A stretch of DNA of 64,000 nt. Source: a virus. The position numbers and the translations under genes are program-made. A model generated the notes under the pieces. That model worked only from the letters and a program-made list of their open reading frames with translations. It had not been told where the DNA came from and ran no database searches. Positions 19,364-27,276 of this stretch are shown here, piece after piece; the stretch's first letter is position 1; every line of letters starts with the position of its first letter. The stretch spans positions 1 to 64,000 of the IMG/VR virus record IMGVR_UViG_3300020185_000024. One strand, written 5' to 3'.

Positions 19364-20118
19364 GTTTAATGTTTAATGATTAATAATTTAATTTATTAGC
19401 ACCATCTATAATAACTTCATTTAGGCTTTCTTCTTCTTTGGAAGTTTACGTTATTATAAATGGTCACGAGATAATTTTTTATCAATACTAACTATTTGTT
19501 AGCGTAAAATACTTATAACAAGCAGTATTTATCTCTTGCTGTGAACTCCCATAACTATTAATCTGACTTATCACAATACATTCAGTAGTTATCCTATACA
19601 TTACTGTAAGATTTTAATATTAAGGCTCAGAGGGTTTGAGTTCCTATAAATAAACAAAGTAACAAGTTATTACTTCTAGATTTTAACGGTTTCACATGTG
19701 TCCAAGAAACATTTCCTCGTAGTATCATATAGACTAAGTACTGTTAATTATACTTTATGTCTTCATATACTAATCCTGTACTTCTCATTATTGTCTTACC
19801 AAATAAAACTTGACACTCCTTACATGGTGCTTAGAGGAGCCACATGAGCATATCCACGTTTACATTCTTTTTCATTTCTGAAGGAATCCAGTAAATTCAA
19901 CCTATAACTTTTAAAGAAGTTACCAACTTATTAACTCTTCAGTCAATTTCTTAATTGCATTATTCTTGCTAATATTTTATTAAATAATTATATGTTATAC
20001 ACTCTAACCAGCATGTGTATTTGTCATTGTGATAATTAAATCTCATGGACATATAATTTAATTGTGGACCTGGTGGGAATCGCTTCCCTTAACAATTACA
20101 ATTATTTAACACTAAAAG

Positions 20119-20150
20119 TTTGTTTATTTCTTGGACATGTAGTATATTTA
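20119..20150 (+). promoter_or_regulatory. Candidate Bacteroidota-type promoter for the intron endonuclease
   Basis: TTTG (20119-20122), 20-nt spacer, TATATTTA (20143-20150; one mismatch to TAnnTTTG). Confidence 0.45.
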
Positions 20151-20170
20151 CACCATATCTAAAATTAAAC

Positions 20171-20578
20171 ATGATGAATTGGAATTACATATCTGGATTT
20201 TTTGACGCTGATGGGTCAATATCCTTAATAAAACACAGCTCAGAAAATAAAACTATTCAAGTTAGTTTTCATAATACTGATCTACAACTTATAAATAGTA
20301 TAAGAGCATATATAGAAAGAGAATTAGGATTTAGAGGCTCTTTAGCGACTAAAAATCCTAGACAAGAAACTCATAGCATCTCTTATGATCTAAAATACTC
20401 TTATAAACAAGCTCTTCTAATCTGTGAGCATTTAACTAGTTGTCATCGTAAGAAGACTCATAGAATTGCTACAGTATTAAAATATTATGCTCAATTAACT
20501 CCCAGAAATGGGAAATATACTATTGAAATGTTAAATAGGAGAAAAGCCTTTGAAAGACTCTTCTTTCTAGTTTCCTAG
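20171..20578 (+). CDS. Single-motif LAGLIDADG homing endonuclease, antisense within the intron
   Basis: WNYISGFFDADGSI motif near the N-terminus; start revised to ATG 20171/20174. Confidence 0.9.
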   Translation: MMNWNYISGFFDADGSISLIKHSSENKTIQVSFHNTDLQLINSIRAYIERELGFRGSLATKNPRQETHSISYDLKYSYKQALLICEHLTSCHRKKTHRIATVLKYYAQLTPRNGKYTIEMLNRRKAFERLFFLVS

Positions 20579-20908
20579 AAGATTGGACTATATCATCACC
20601 TGTTCTAGGTGCTCCTCGCTATGGGTTTACCGTAGTATCCCTAGTCTCTGAACCTTCTCACTTCTTCCAGTGAGCTTGGCTGCTGATTGTCATGACCTCA
20701 CGGCTTTAGATTCCCAGCAATTCAAGCAGTTTTTAATTACATATCCCTATGCAATGGGTCCGATTTTTTAAACCCACGTCCAAATACCTTCATAAGGTAG
20801 TTTTATACAGCTTATGTGAGTTTGTACTTCACGACAGATAGTTTTAATGACTAACAACATAGGGCTAACCGAAGTTAACCTCCACCACTTAGTTTTATAG
20901 TCTAAGAA

Positions 20909-21145
20909 CTATTTTCGATAACTTTTTATGTAGCAATCATATAAATATGATCCTACTTGTGGCTTATCAAACCACGCTCCTCTATAATCAAATATATACC
21001 ATGAAGGATATACTTTCTTATAAATTTTACCGTCTGTTAGTTCACCTCGATACCTTCTAACAGCTTTAGAGGCTTGTCTTTTTGCCCAGCAGGTATAATT
21101 ACGAGAGTAATCTGAATAACTAGGCTTTTTGTAGCTTCTACTCAT
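20909..21145 (-). CDS. Basic, Tyr-rich 78-aa protein nested inside the tmRNA
   Basis: ATG overlaps the tag stop (TAATG); MSRSYKK...AKRQASKAVRR...YKKVYPSWYIFD resembles small phage hypothetical proteins. Confidence 0.7.
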   Translation of the reverse strand: MSRSYKKPSYSDYSRNYTCWAKRQASKAVRRYRGELTDGKIYKKVYPSWYIFDYRGAWFDKPQVGSYLYDCYIKSYRK

Positions 21146-21216
21146 TAAGCAGCTACACTCATACGAGTGTTAGCACGCTTCTTGTTGATAGAAACTACTT
21201 TGTTTGATTTTTTTCC
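21145..21216 (-). other. tmRNA tag reading frame (A)GKKSNKVVSINKKRANTRMSVAA*
   Basis: Resume context CTAAAC-GGA similar to Bacteroidota tmRNAs; open for 23 codons and ends in Val-Ala-Ala-TAA. Confidence 0.8.
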
Positions 21217-21308
21217 GTTTAGAAAATTCACCAACGTTGATAAAGGAGACTACTCCTGCTGAACTACATTAATCCATCTACCTGTCAAAACCAGTCAGGC
21301 CCGTTTTC

Positions 21309-21539
21309 TTATTTATTGTTTTTTTTAATAAAAGAATCTATACTTATTGTTATTAATTCTATTGCTATAACAGCAGCAATAACAATAAAAAATAAGGTTA
21401 TAGGTATCCAAAATGGAGCAAACACCCAAATCCAAGGAATTTCTATAACATTTGCCATTTTTAAGATAAATAATAATATAACTGTAGAAGTTATTGGTAA
21501 TGTGATATTAATTTCTTTGTTCATTTTGTTTTTACTCAT
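21309..21539 (-). CDS. Small integral membrane protein
   Basis: LFILKMANVIEIPWIWVFAPFWIP-type hydrophobic motif common in phage membrane proteins. Confidence 0.7.
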   Translation of the reverse strand: MSKNKMNKEINITLPITSTVILLFILKMANVIEIPWIWVFAPFWIPITLFFIVIAAVIAIELITISIDSFIKKNNK

Positions 21540-21565
21540 TTTCTTATCGTTTTAATTAAAATAGT

Positions 21566-21603
21566 AAAAAAAGGATAGCAAACAAATGTTCACTATCCTT
21601 TTT
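21566..21603 (-). terminator. Intrinsic (possibly bidirectional) terminator
   Basis: AAAAAAGGATAG...CTATCCTTTTT. Confidence 0.7.
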
Positions 21604-21624
21604 AATAATTTGTACTAGATAATT

Positions 21625-22239
21625 CTAGTTTCCTGGAGTACTAGCAAAATCTGCTGCAGGTTCTGCTGCTTCAGCCACAGGCTCAGCATTTGCTCTATCA
21701 TGGTCAATAAACACATGTTTAGGAGCATGAGCTACTACTTCTGTAGTACTAAAGATATTTTCTCCATCTTTCATGAGGAAATCACCATCTCTACCAGCTC
21801 TTTTTGCTGTAGTCTCTTGATTGTCTAACAACCAATTAAGACTTTCTTTTTTGCTATCAGAATTACTTGCTGCAATTTCTGCTTGAATTTGAGAAGTAGT
21901 TCTTTCTACAACTTCAATTGAAACAGGTTGTCCAACTACTTCTGGATTTAGCAAGTTAATCATTGTAGGATTCATTTTGTCTGTTGACAAATTATCACTC
22001 AATTTGATTCCGAACAATTGTTCAATATCAGATTTTTCACCTACCATCCAAGCTCTTCGGATTCCAGAACCACCTTCAAATCTTGAATCAGACTTGTTTA
22101 ATAATGCTAAAAGATTTACTCTTCCGCCAACTAATCTAGTTGCTACGCAAATGTTAACTTTTCCGCCATCTAATTGTCTAGCAGATTCTAAAATTACTTC
22201 TCCTGGGGCTAATTCAGCCGCTGTTTTTGTTTTACTCAT
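21625..22239 (-). CDS. Hypothetical early protein
   Basis: 204 aa with an Ala/Glu/Pro-rich tail; monocistronic with terminator. Confidence 0.75.
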   Translation of the reverse strand: MSKTKTAAELAPGEVILESARQLDGGKVNICVATRLVGGRVNLLALLNKSDSRFEGGSGIRRAWMVGEKSDIEQLFGIKLSDNLSTDKMNPTMINLLNPEVVGQPVSIEVVERTTSQIQAEIAASNSDSKKESLNWLLDNQETTAKRAGRDGDFLMKDGENIFSTTEVVAHAPKHVFIDHDRANAEPVAEAAEPAADFASTPGN

Positions 22240-22603
22240 TTTAAATGAATTTTAATGTAAATAATGTAAATAATTGTTTCGTCCATCAGCATATGTTTTA
22301 TAAGGGGTTTGGACCTTAACATTAACCTCAATCAAGAGTACAATGTTCCGCTTTAACAATACAAGATTGTAAAAAAGAAGACAGGGAAATTAATAAAAAA
22401 CCTGTCCTCTTTTTAATAATAAACTCTTACAAGGTCTACCTTGAAGTTATCACATTTCGCCCTTGGGATAGAACTTAATCTGCCCTAGGGATTTACCATT
22501 ATTCTGGATAAGAGTTTATATATTTTTTGATTTTAAAAAATAAAGAGAGATACTTCACAATCAGTTTCAACTGGTGAACATTCTCTCTTTATCACATTTC
22601 TGC

Positions 22604-23608
22604 CTAATCTAAAATCTTTTCTTTTTTATTATTCTTAAGGATAATCGAATCATTGATTTCCTGAATAATTCCGTAAGTGTTGTTAAATGATTTATAGAAG
22701 CTTAATGCATGAATAGATATGCATTCTCCTATATTCATTTGTTTAGAATGTAAAACTGTACTTAACATGTTAGCATTAAATATGTTTAACCATTCTTTAG
22801 CAACTTTATCTTGTTCTAAAATGTGACTATTTGCATTTACCCATTCTTTAAGAGTTTTGCAAAAATTAATAATACATTTGTTTATAATTGAAGTTGTTAC
22901 TTTATAGTAACTGCTTTCAATTTTATCCCATACTAATTCTTCTTGGGTCACATCGTACTTAGCTAACTTCTCGCCACATTCTTTTTGAAGTTTAGGATTT
23001 ACAAAAGCTAACTTAAAAGCTAAATCATCTTCTTGATAATCACTTTCATTAATAACATTAGATTCAAATACTATTGCATTAGCATTTTTAAGAATAATAT
23101 TATTAGGTTCAGTTACGAACTTATCTTTAAAGTTTTTAAAGAAATGTTTATTTCTAACTAAAGAATTTTCTGTTAGAATAGGTTTTTCTTTAATGATTAT
23201 TAGTTCTTCTTTGATTAATAATCTCATAAATTCGTCGTCTTCTTCTTCGATAATGTTTAAATTTGTAACATTATTAGGACTTTTGCAGACTTTGAATTTA
23301 ACAGTGTCTCCTATGTTTAGGCTATAGTTATTATTATAGTGTTCTATCATAGGGTTAATTAAAGTGTTTGTAGCTAGGGTTGATAAGTCGTCAGCACATT
23401 GTCCAACATGTTCTTTACTACAATTAAGTACTAACGCAACAATATCATCATTAACACTAAGCATTAACAGTTGATACAACGTAATAGCCTTACCATACTT
23501 GATTTCAATTAAGTCTTTAGCTTCAACATGCTCATAATTTATATTATCTAGCATAGACAATTGACTTAATAATGCAGTATCTCTAAACTGGTCTTCTAAA
23601 TTATTCAT
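22604..23608 (-). CDS. Hypothetical early protein
   Basis: 334-aa ORF. Confidence 0.7.
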   Translation of the reverse strand: MNNLEDQFRDTALLSQLSMLDNINYEHVEAKDLIEIKYGKAITLYQLLMLSVNDDIVALVLNCSKEHVGQCADDLSTLATNTLINPMIEHYNNNYSLNIGDTVKFKVCKSPNNVTNLNIIEEEDDEFMRLLIKEELIIIKEKPILTENSLVRNKHFFKNFKDKFVTEPNNIILKNANAIVFESNVINESDYQEDDLAFKLAFVNPKLQKECGEKLAKYDVTQEELVWDKIESSYYKVTTSIINKCIINFCKTLKEWVNANSHILEQDKVAKEWLNIFNANMLSTVLHSKQMNIGECISIHALSFYKSFNNTYGIIQEINDSIILKNNKKEKILD

Positions 23609-24071
23609 AATTTCTTTTTTTTAGATTAAACGAAAATGCGAATAAAAAGCTTAAAAAGCTTTTCTACTCAATATATAAAAAGAGGTGTGTAAACTTCAGA
23701 GAAATAAAGGAGATAGAAGGAGGGAGATTGGCAGATTGCCAACAGAGAAAGAAAGAACCAAAGAAAGAGACTTTGACTCTATTTCTGGCTTAAGGTTTCT
23801 TTCTTATGAATAATAAGAATGCTCAAAGCTAACTTTTCTCAAAATACAAACCAAATATTCTCTGCTAAATTTTGTTAACTAATAAGATAATGTTTATACC
23901 TTAAAAGCATTAACAGGTGAAAGATAACAATTAAGCTACCTCTCACCTTTTAATTTCTAATCTATCAAACCTAACCCATTAGGCAAAAATGAGAAATCCT
24001 ATAAATAGCCACTAAACGGCAATTAGTGGCAAAATATAGTTACGCATAACGTATTTGTATAAACAGTCGTT

Positions 24072-24494
24072 TTAATGCCGTTCATACCCATCAGAAGGCT
24101 CTCTATCTCTAATAGAATACTTTTTCTCTTCAAAATAGTCTATCAGGTCCCAATGACCTTTTAACCACGTCATCATAGTAAAATAAATACAATCGTAAAA
24201 TTCTACTTCTCCTATATCTTCTATAGAATCTCCTTCGTTTAGGTGCTTAGTTATATCACATCTTAAAGTTTCCCAACAGCCACCTCTTCTTGTGCCATAT
24301 TCCTTAGGTCTGTTAAAAACTTCTGCCCAGCTATCACCTCCCCATTCTAAATTAATATTAAAGGGAGCACTAAAGCCATCATCTCCAGGATTAGTTTTAA
24401 ATACCTTACGAGCATGATTATGTTGCAATTCATAATAAGGAATTACATTACCTTTTTCATCTAATATTTCAAACGTTAATTTTTCAGTTTTCAT
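24072..24494 (-). CDS. Hypothetical early protein (start revised to ATG 24494)
   Basis: In-frame ATG 13 nt from the shared TAATCTAAAA motif. Confidence 0.65.
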   Translation of the reverse strand: MKTEKLTFEILDEKGNVIPYYELQHNHARKVFKTNPGDDGFSAPFNINLEWGGDSWAEVFNRPKEYGTRRGGCWETLRCDITKHLNEGDSIEDIGEVEFYDCIYFTMMTWLKGHWDLIDYFEEKKYSIRDREPSDGYERH

Positions 24495-24620
24495 TACAAT
24501 TAAATTTTTTAGATTAAACAATTAAGTAACAGCGAACACATACCCTTTTGCGAAAAAGTGCACTATTAAAAATACAAGTATGTGTTCTCTTCTGCTACTG
24601 TTTGTGAAATTCCAATCTCA

Positions 24621-24737
24621 CTATCTTTTGAGTTTTCTACTCATTCTTTTACCTGCTTCATAGTCACTCCCAACTATAAAACCAACTAATAACCCTAGAA
24701 ATAAAGCTATCATCCCAACAATTAAAATGGTATCCAT
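24621..24737 (-). CDS. 38-aa single-TM microprotein
   Basis: Hand translation MDTILIVGMIALFLGLLVGFIVGSDYEAGKRMSRKLKR*; preceded by a variant of the shared upstream motif. Confidence 0.55.
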   Translation of the reverse strand: MDTILIVGMIALFLGLLVGFIVGSDYEAGKRMSRKLKR

Positions 24738-24862
24738 TTTCTTATCTTTTTTGATTAGACATTTAGAAGAACAAAGTTCTTCCTCTCAAAACATAGAAAG
24801 AGGAGAGTAGTTTTCAGAAAAATAAAAAAGATAAAACCCCCACCCGAAGGTGAGGATTGATA

Positions 24863-25120
24863 TTAGAGTGTTTCAAGAACGTTGATTTCAACCCTATTGT
24901 GGAGCATTTTGAATATGTCTCCAGTATCAGGCGAAGTACATTCGCTGATAATAGTAGTTTTTGAAGAATCAAAGTTAGTAGCTACAGGGCCTCTAACTGC
25001 ACCGCAGGTAAAGTATCTCTTTTCAGAGTTCTCTCTCTTAGAGATTGTCAATGTAGTAACTCCTTGCTCTACTTTTAGCTGTGCTATAGTCTGAGCTTGA
25101 CCGAAGATTAAATTATTCAT
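24863..25120 (-). CDS. Hypothetical early protein
   Basis: 85 aa, upstream motif, downstream hairpin at 24832-24857. Confidence 0.7.
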   Translation of the reverse strand: MNNLIFGQAQTIAQLKVEQGVTTLTISKRENSEKRYFTCGAVRGPVATNFDSSKTTIISECTSPDTGDIFKMLHNRVEINVLETL

Positions 25121-25214
25121 GATAATAGATTTTTAGATTAGGTGAATATCCACCAATATATAGAACAAGGTTCATAAACCTCAGAAAAATAAGAGAGATT
25201 AAATCTCTCCTTTC

Positions 25215-25394
25215 TCATTCTAAACCTTTTTCAAAGCCTATTTGCCAACCATCATCATAGCCTTGATTATAGCCTTGATAGCGAGCATCTTCAATAGTGT
25301 TATCATAAGCATCCATTGTCATGTTGCCTAATATGCATACTCCTATACCTAGTACAAAGTACACTATAGCTATTGCTATTTCTTTTCTCTTCAT
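25215..25394 (-). CDS. Small membrane-anchored protein with GYxxG repeats (start revised to 25394)
   Basis: TM segment followed by YQGYNQGYDDGWQIGFEKG. Confidence 0.6.
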   Translation of the reverse strand: MKRKEIAIAIVYFVLGIGVCILGNMTMDAYDNTIEDARYQGYNQGYDDGWQIGFEKGLE

Positions 25395-25782
25395 CGTTAT
25401 TGTATTTAGATTAAACAATTCTTTAATATATAAAAGCAAGTATAAACATTCCTCAGGGAAGGAGTCAACCTCCCCAATATATAGAACCAGGCATAATCAT
25501 TAGAGAAATAATAGAGATAAGAACTACCCCAGATCAAATCTTGGTTCATACATTTTCATTTAGTTTTAAGTGGGGGGTATGTTCCCCAAGTTTTTGATAG
25601 GGGGGAGTAGTTTTTAGTACCTCCACATACAATTCCTCGACATTAATTTTTCAAAAAAAAAATAAAAAATTTTTTGTCGCAAATATTTACTAAAATGTGA
25701 CAGAACTTTATAAACGGAAGAAGCCCCTACAAATTAATGCAGAGGCTTCCAACGGTAAACAGACGACAGTCCTAAGGCGAAT

Positions 25783-26088
25783 TTATCCCTCAGTAAGACT
25801 TAAGTTAAACGTTTTATCTTGTTCATATATAGCAAGCATTCCTGCCATTACTATATCATGTAGAGCATTTTCACATGCTTCATTCATAGCTTTATCTGCA
25901 TCATCATCATAAAAGACCACCTCTTGCCTAGATATATGTCTTTCACCTGATTCTACAATTACTATAGCCATATCAGTAGATATTGTCTTTTTTATTGAGA
26001 ATCTATCTTCAATTCCTGAGAACATTATACGAGAAGCTTCAAAATTTTCTACATACTCTGTTAATTGTTTTGTGTATTTTCCTTCCAT
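25783..26088 (-). CDS. Hypothetical protein
   Basis: 101-aa ORF. Confidence 0.6.
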   Translation of the reverse strand: MEGKYTKQLTEYVENFEASRIMFSGIEDRFSIKKTISTDMAIVIVESGERHISRQEVVFYDDDADKAMNEACENALHDIVMAGMLAIYEQDKTFNLSLTEG

Positions 26089-26154
26089 CTTATTTATTAT
26101 TTAATTGTTTTAATTCTTCTTTAAGCCTCTTAAGAAAAGTTTCTTCTCCACTCA

Positions 26155-26355
26155 TTACTTATTTTTTAATTGTTCTGCATATTTGTTCCTAAAACTTAAC
26201 ACTCCAATATCCTTAACTTCAGTAGAATATGTAAATATTTGTTCAATTATTGTAGTTCCTACAGTAAATAATGAATGGTCATCTCTTAACTCTCGAAAGC
26301 TCATATTTTTGTTGCAAGCTTCTATTGCTTTTAGTAGTTTATCTTTTTCTTCCAT
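26155..26355 (-). CDS. Hypothetical protein
   Basis: 66 aa; ATG 5 nt after TATATTTG. Confidence 0.6.
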   Translation of the reverse strand: MEEKDKLLKAIEACNKNMSFRELRDDHSLFTVGTTIIEQIFTYSTEVKDIGVLSFRNKYAEQLKNK

Positions 26356-26360
26356 AAGAA

Positions 26361-26390
26361 CAAATATAATAAAAATATTTTATATATTTG
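26361..26390. promoter_or_regulatory. Back-to-back TATATTTG promoter elements at the strand switch
   Basis: CAAATATA (26361-26368, minus) and TATATTTG (26383-26390, plus), each 5 nt from an ATG. Confidence 0.7.
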
Positions 26391-26395
26391 TAACT

Positions 26396-26698
26396 ATGGA
26401 ACAAAAATTAATACCTATAACAGAATTAATAATGTTAGCTAACGATACATTCGTATTTAGAAAATGTTATTTTGATGCTAACACTATATGGAAGTTTAGA
26501 GAAATATTAGTGGAGAACTATAGTAAAGAAGAATTTGTAACGCTTATCGTGCCTGCAGGAGATGCAGACGCAGAGACAGTGGTTGTAGAGTCTATCGAAA
26601 AGATAAGAAGTCTTATGAAAGAGGCTAACGTAATGGAAGTAAAACATAAATATGAAAGAAATAACAAACGCAATGACGGTGATTGGAGAGATAGCTAA
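26396..26698 (+). CDS. Hypothetical protein (start revised to ATG 26396)
   Basis: MEQKLIPITEL...; the upstream part of the track ORF is antisense to 26155-26355. Confidence 0.65.
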   Translation: MEQKLIPITELIMLANDTFVFRKCYFDANTIWKFREILVENYSKEEFVTLIVPAGDADAETVVVESIEKIRSLMKEANVMEVKHKYERNNKRNDGDWRDS

Positions 26699-26903
26699 CT
26701 CACCTGAAGCTAAAGTGTTTATTAAAACAAATGAACATGGTGCAGCTAACTTACTATTTGAAATGGAAGAAAGTAAAGTAATGTACAAAGAACTTAAAAG
26801 TAAATCTCCTTACGTTAAAAGGGGCCTTTTCTTGAACCGATTAGTAGAAATACTAATAAAAGGTAGCGATAGCAGTTATAAGTTAATCCATGTAAAACCA
26901 TAA
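26652..26903 (+). CDS. Hypothetical protein
   Basis: 83 aa, overlapping operon. Confidence 0.6.
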   Translation: MKEITNAMTVIGEIANSPEAKVFIKTNEHGAANLLFEMEESKVMYKELKSKSPYVKRGLFLNRLVEILIKGSDSSYKLIHVKP

Positions 26904-26905
26904 AG

Positions 26906-27109
26906 ATGGCAAGCGATAATATTTTAACAATATTGAAAAGTTGGGGTAATGTGATATACACTAATCCTACGATAGAAAAAGAAGCCGAGAGAAAGCTGAT
27001 TATTTGTAATACCTGCTCTTATAGAGAAGGATATAAATGTGGAGCATGTGGTTGCCCTCTTATAGCTAAATCTAGAGGGAATAGCAAGTGTCCTAAGAAC
27101 AAATGGTAA
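26906..27109 (+). CDS. Small Cys-rich zinc-binding protein
   Basis: CNTC...CGACGC...KS...CPKNKW. Confidence 0.75.
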   Translation: MASDNILTILKSWGNVIYTNPTIEKEAERKLIICNTCSYREGYKCGACGCPLIAKSRGNSKCPKNKW

Positions 27110-27276
27110 TGATAGGAGCAATACCTCTAGATGAGGCAGTAGAAACGATTAAAAAGTATGTTAAGGCAAGGAAAGGAGTAGAGCTTTCAGAAAATATATA
27201 TTATTTTGGTTATCAATATGAGATGACAGGTCATATGTATAGAATAGCTAAAAAATGGTTAGACGATAACAAATGA
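27109..27276 (+). CDS. 55-aa hypothetical protein
   Basis: Hand translation MIGAIPLDEAVETIKKYVKARKGVE...KKWLDDNK*; TAATG-coupled. Confidence 0.55.
   Translation: MIGAIPLDEAVETIKKYVKARKGVELSENIYYFGYQYEMTGHMYRIAKKWLDDNK

Larger units (their letters stand above)
20083..20770 (-). mobile_element. Group I self-splicing intron (688 nt) in the tmRNA T-loop
   Basis: 5' exon ends in U and the intron ends in G. IGS AATCG-GACCC pairs with both exons (P10 with CGATT, P1 with GGGTT including U.G). Core elements P AATTGCTGGGAA, Q AATCAGCAGCC, R GTTCAGAGACTA, S GATATAGTCC; P9 TTCTAG-GAAA-CTAGAA. Confidence 0.93.
20065..21302 (-). ncRNA. ssrA: tmRNA gene (exon 1 21302-20771, exon 2 20082-20065)
   Basis: 5' GGGCCTGACTGGTTTTGACAG; spliced 3' GGACGTGGGTT|CGATTCCCACCAGGTCCA. 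Acceptor GGGCCUG/CAGGUCC with G3.U70 and A73; helix-2 pairings CAGGUA/UAUUUG, GUAGUU/AACUAC, CAGC/GCUG; tag frame ends in AA-stop. Confidence 0.93.

Noticed and set aside
20120-20170. TTG-started N-terminal extension of the homing endonuclease
   Set aside because: Overlaps the promoter-like element; ATG 20171/20174 puts the LAGLIDADG helix at the usual N-terminal position
26183-26395. N-terminal 71 codons of track ORF 26183-26698
   Set aside because: Antisense to 26155-26355 and spans the divergent promoter; ATG 26396 is the better start
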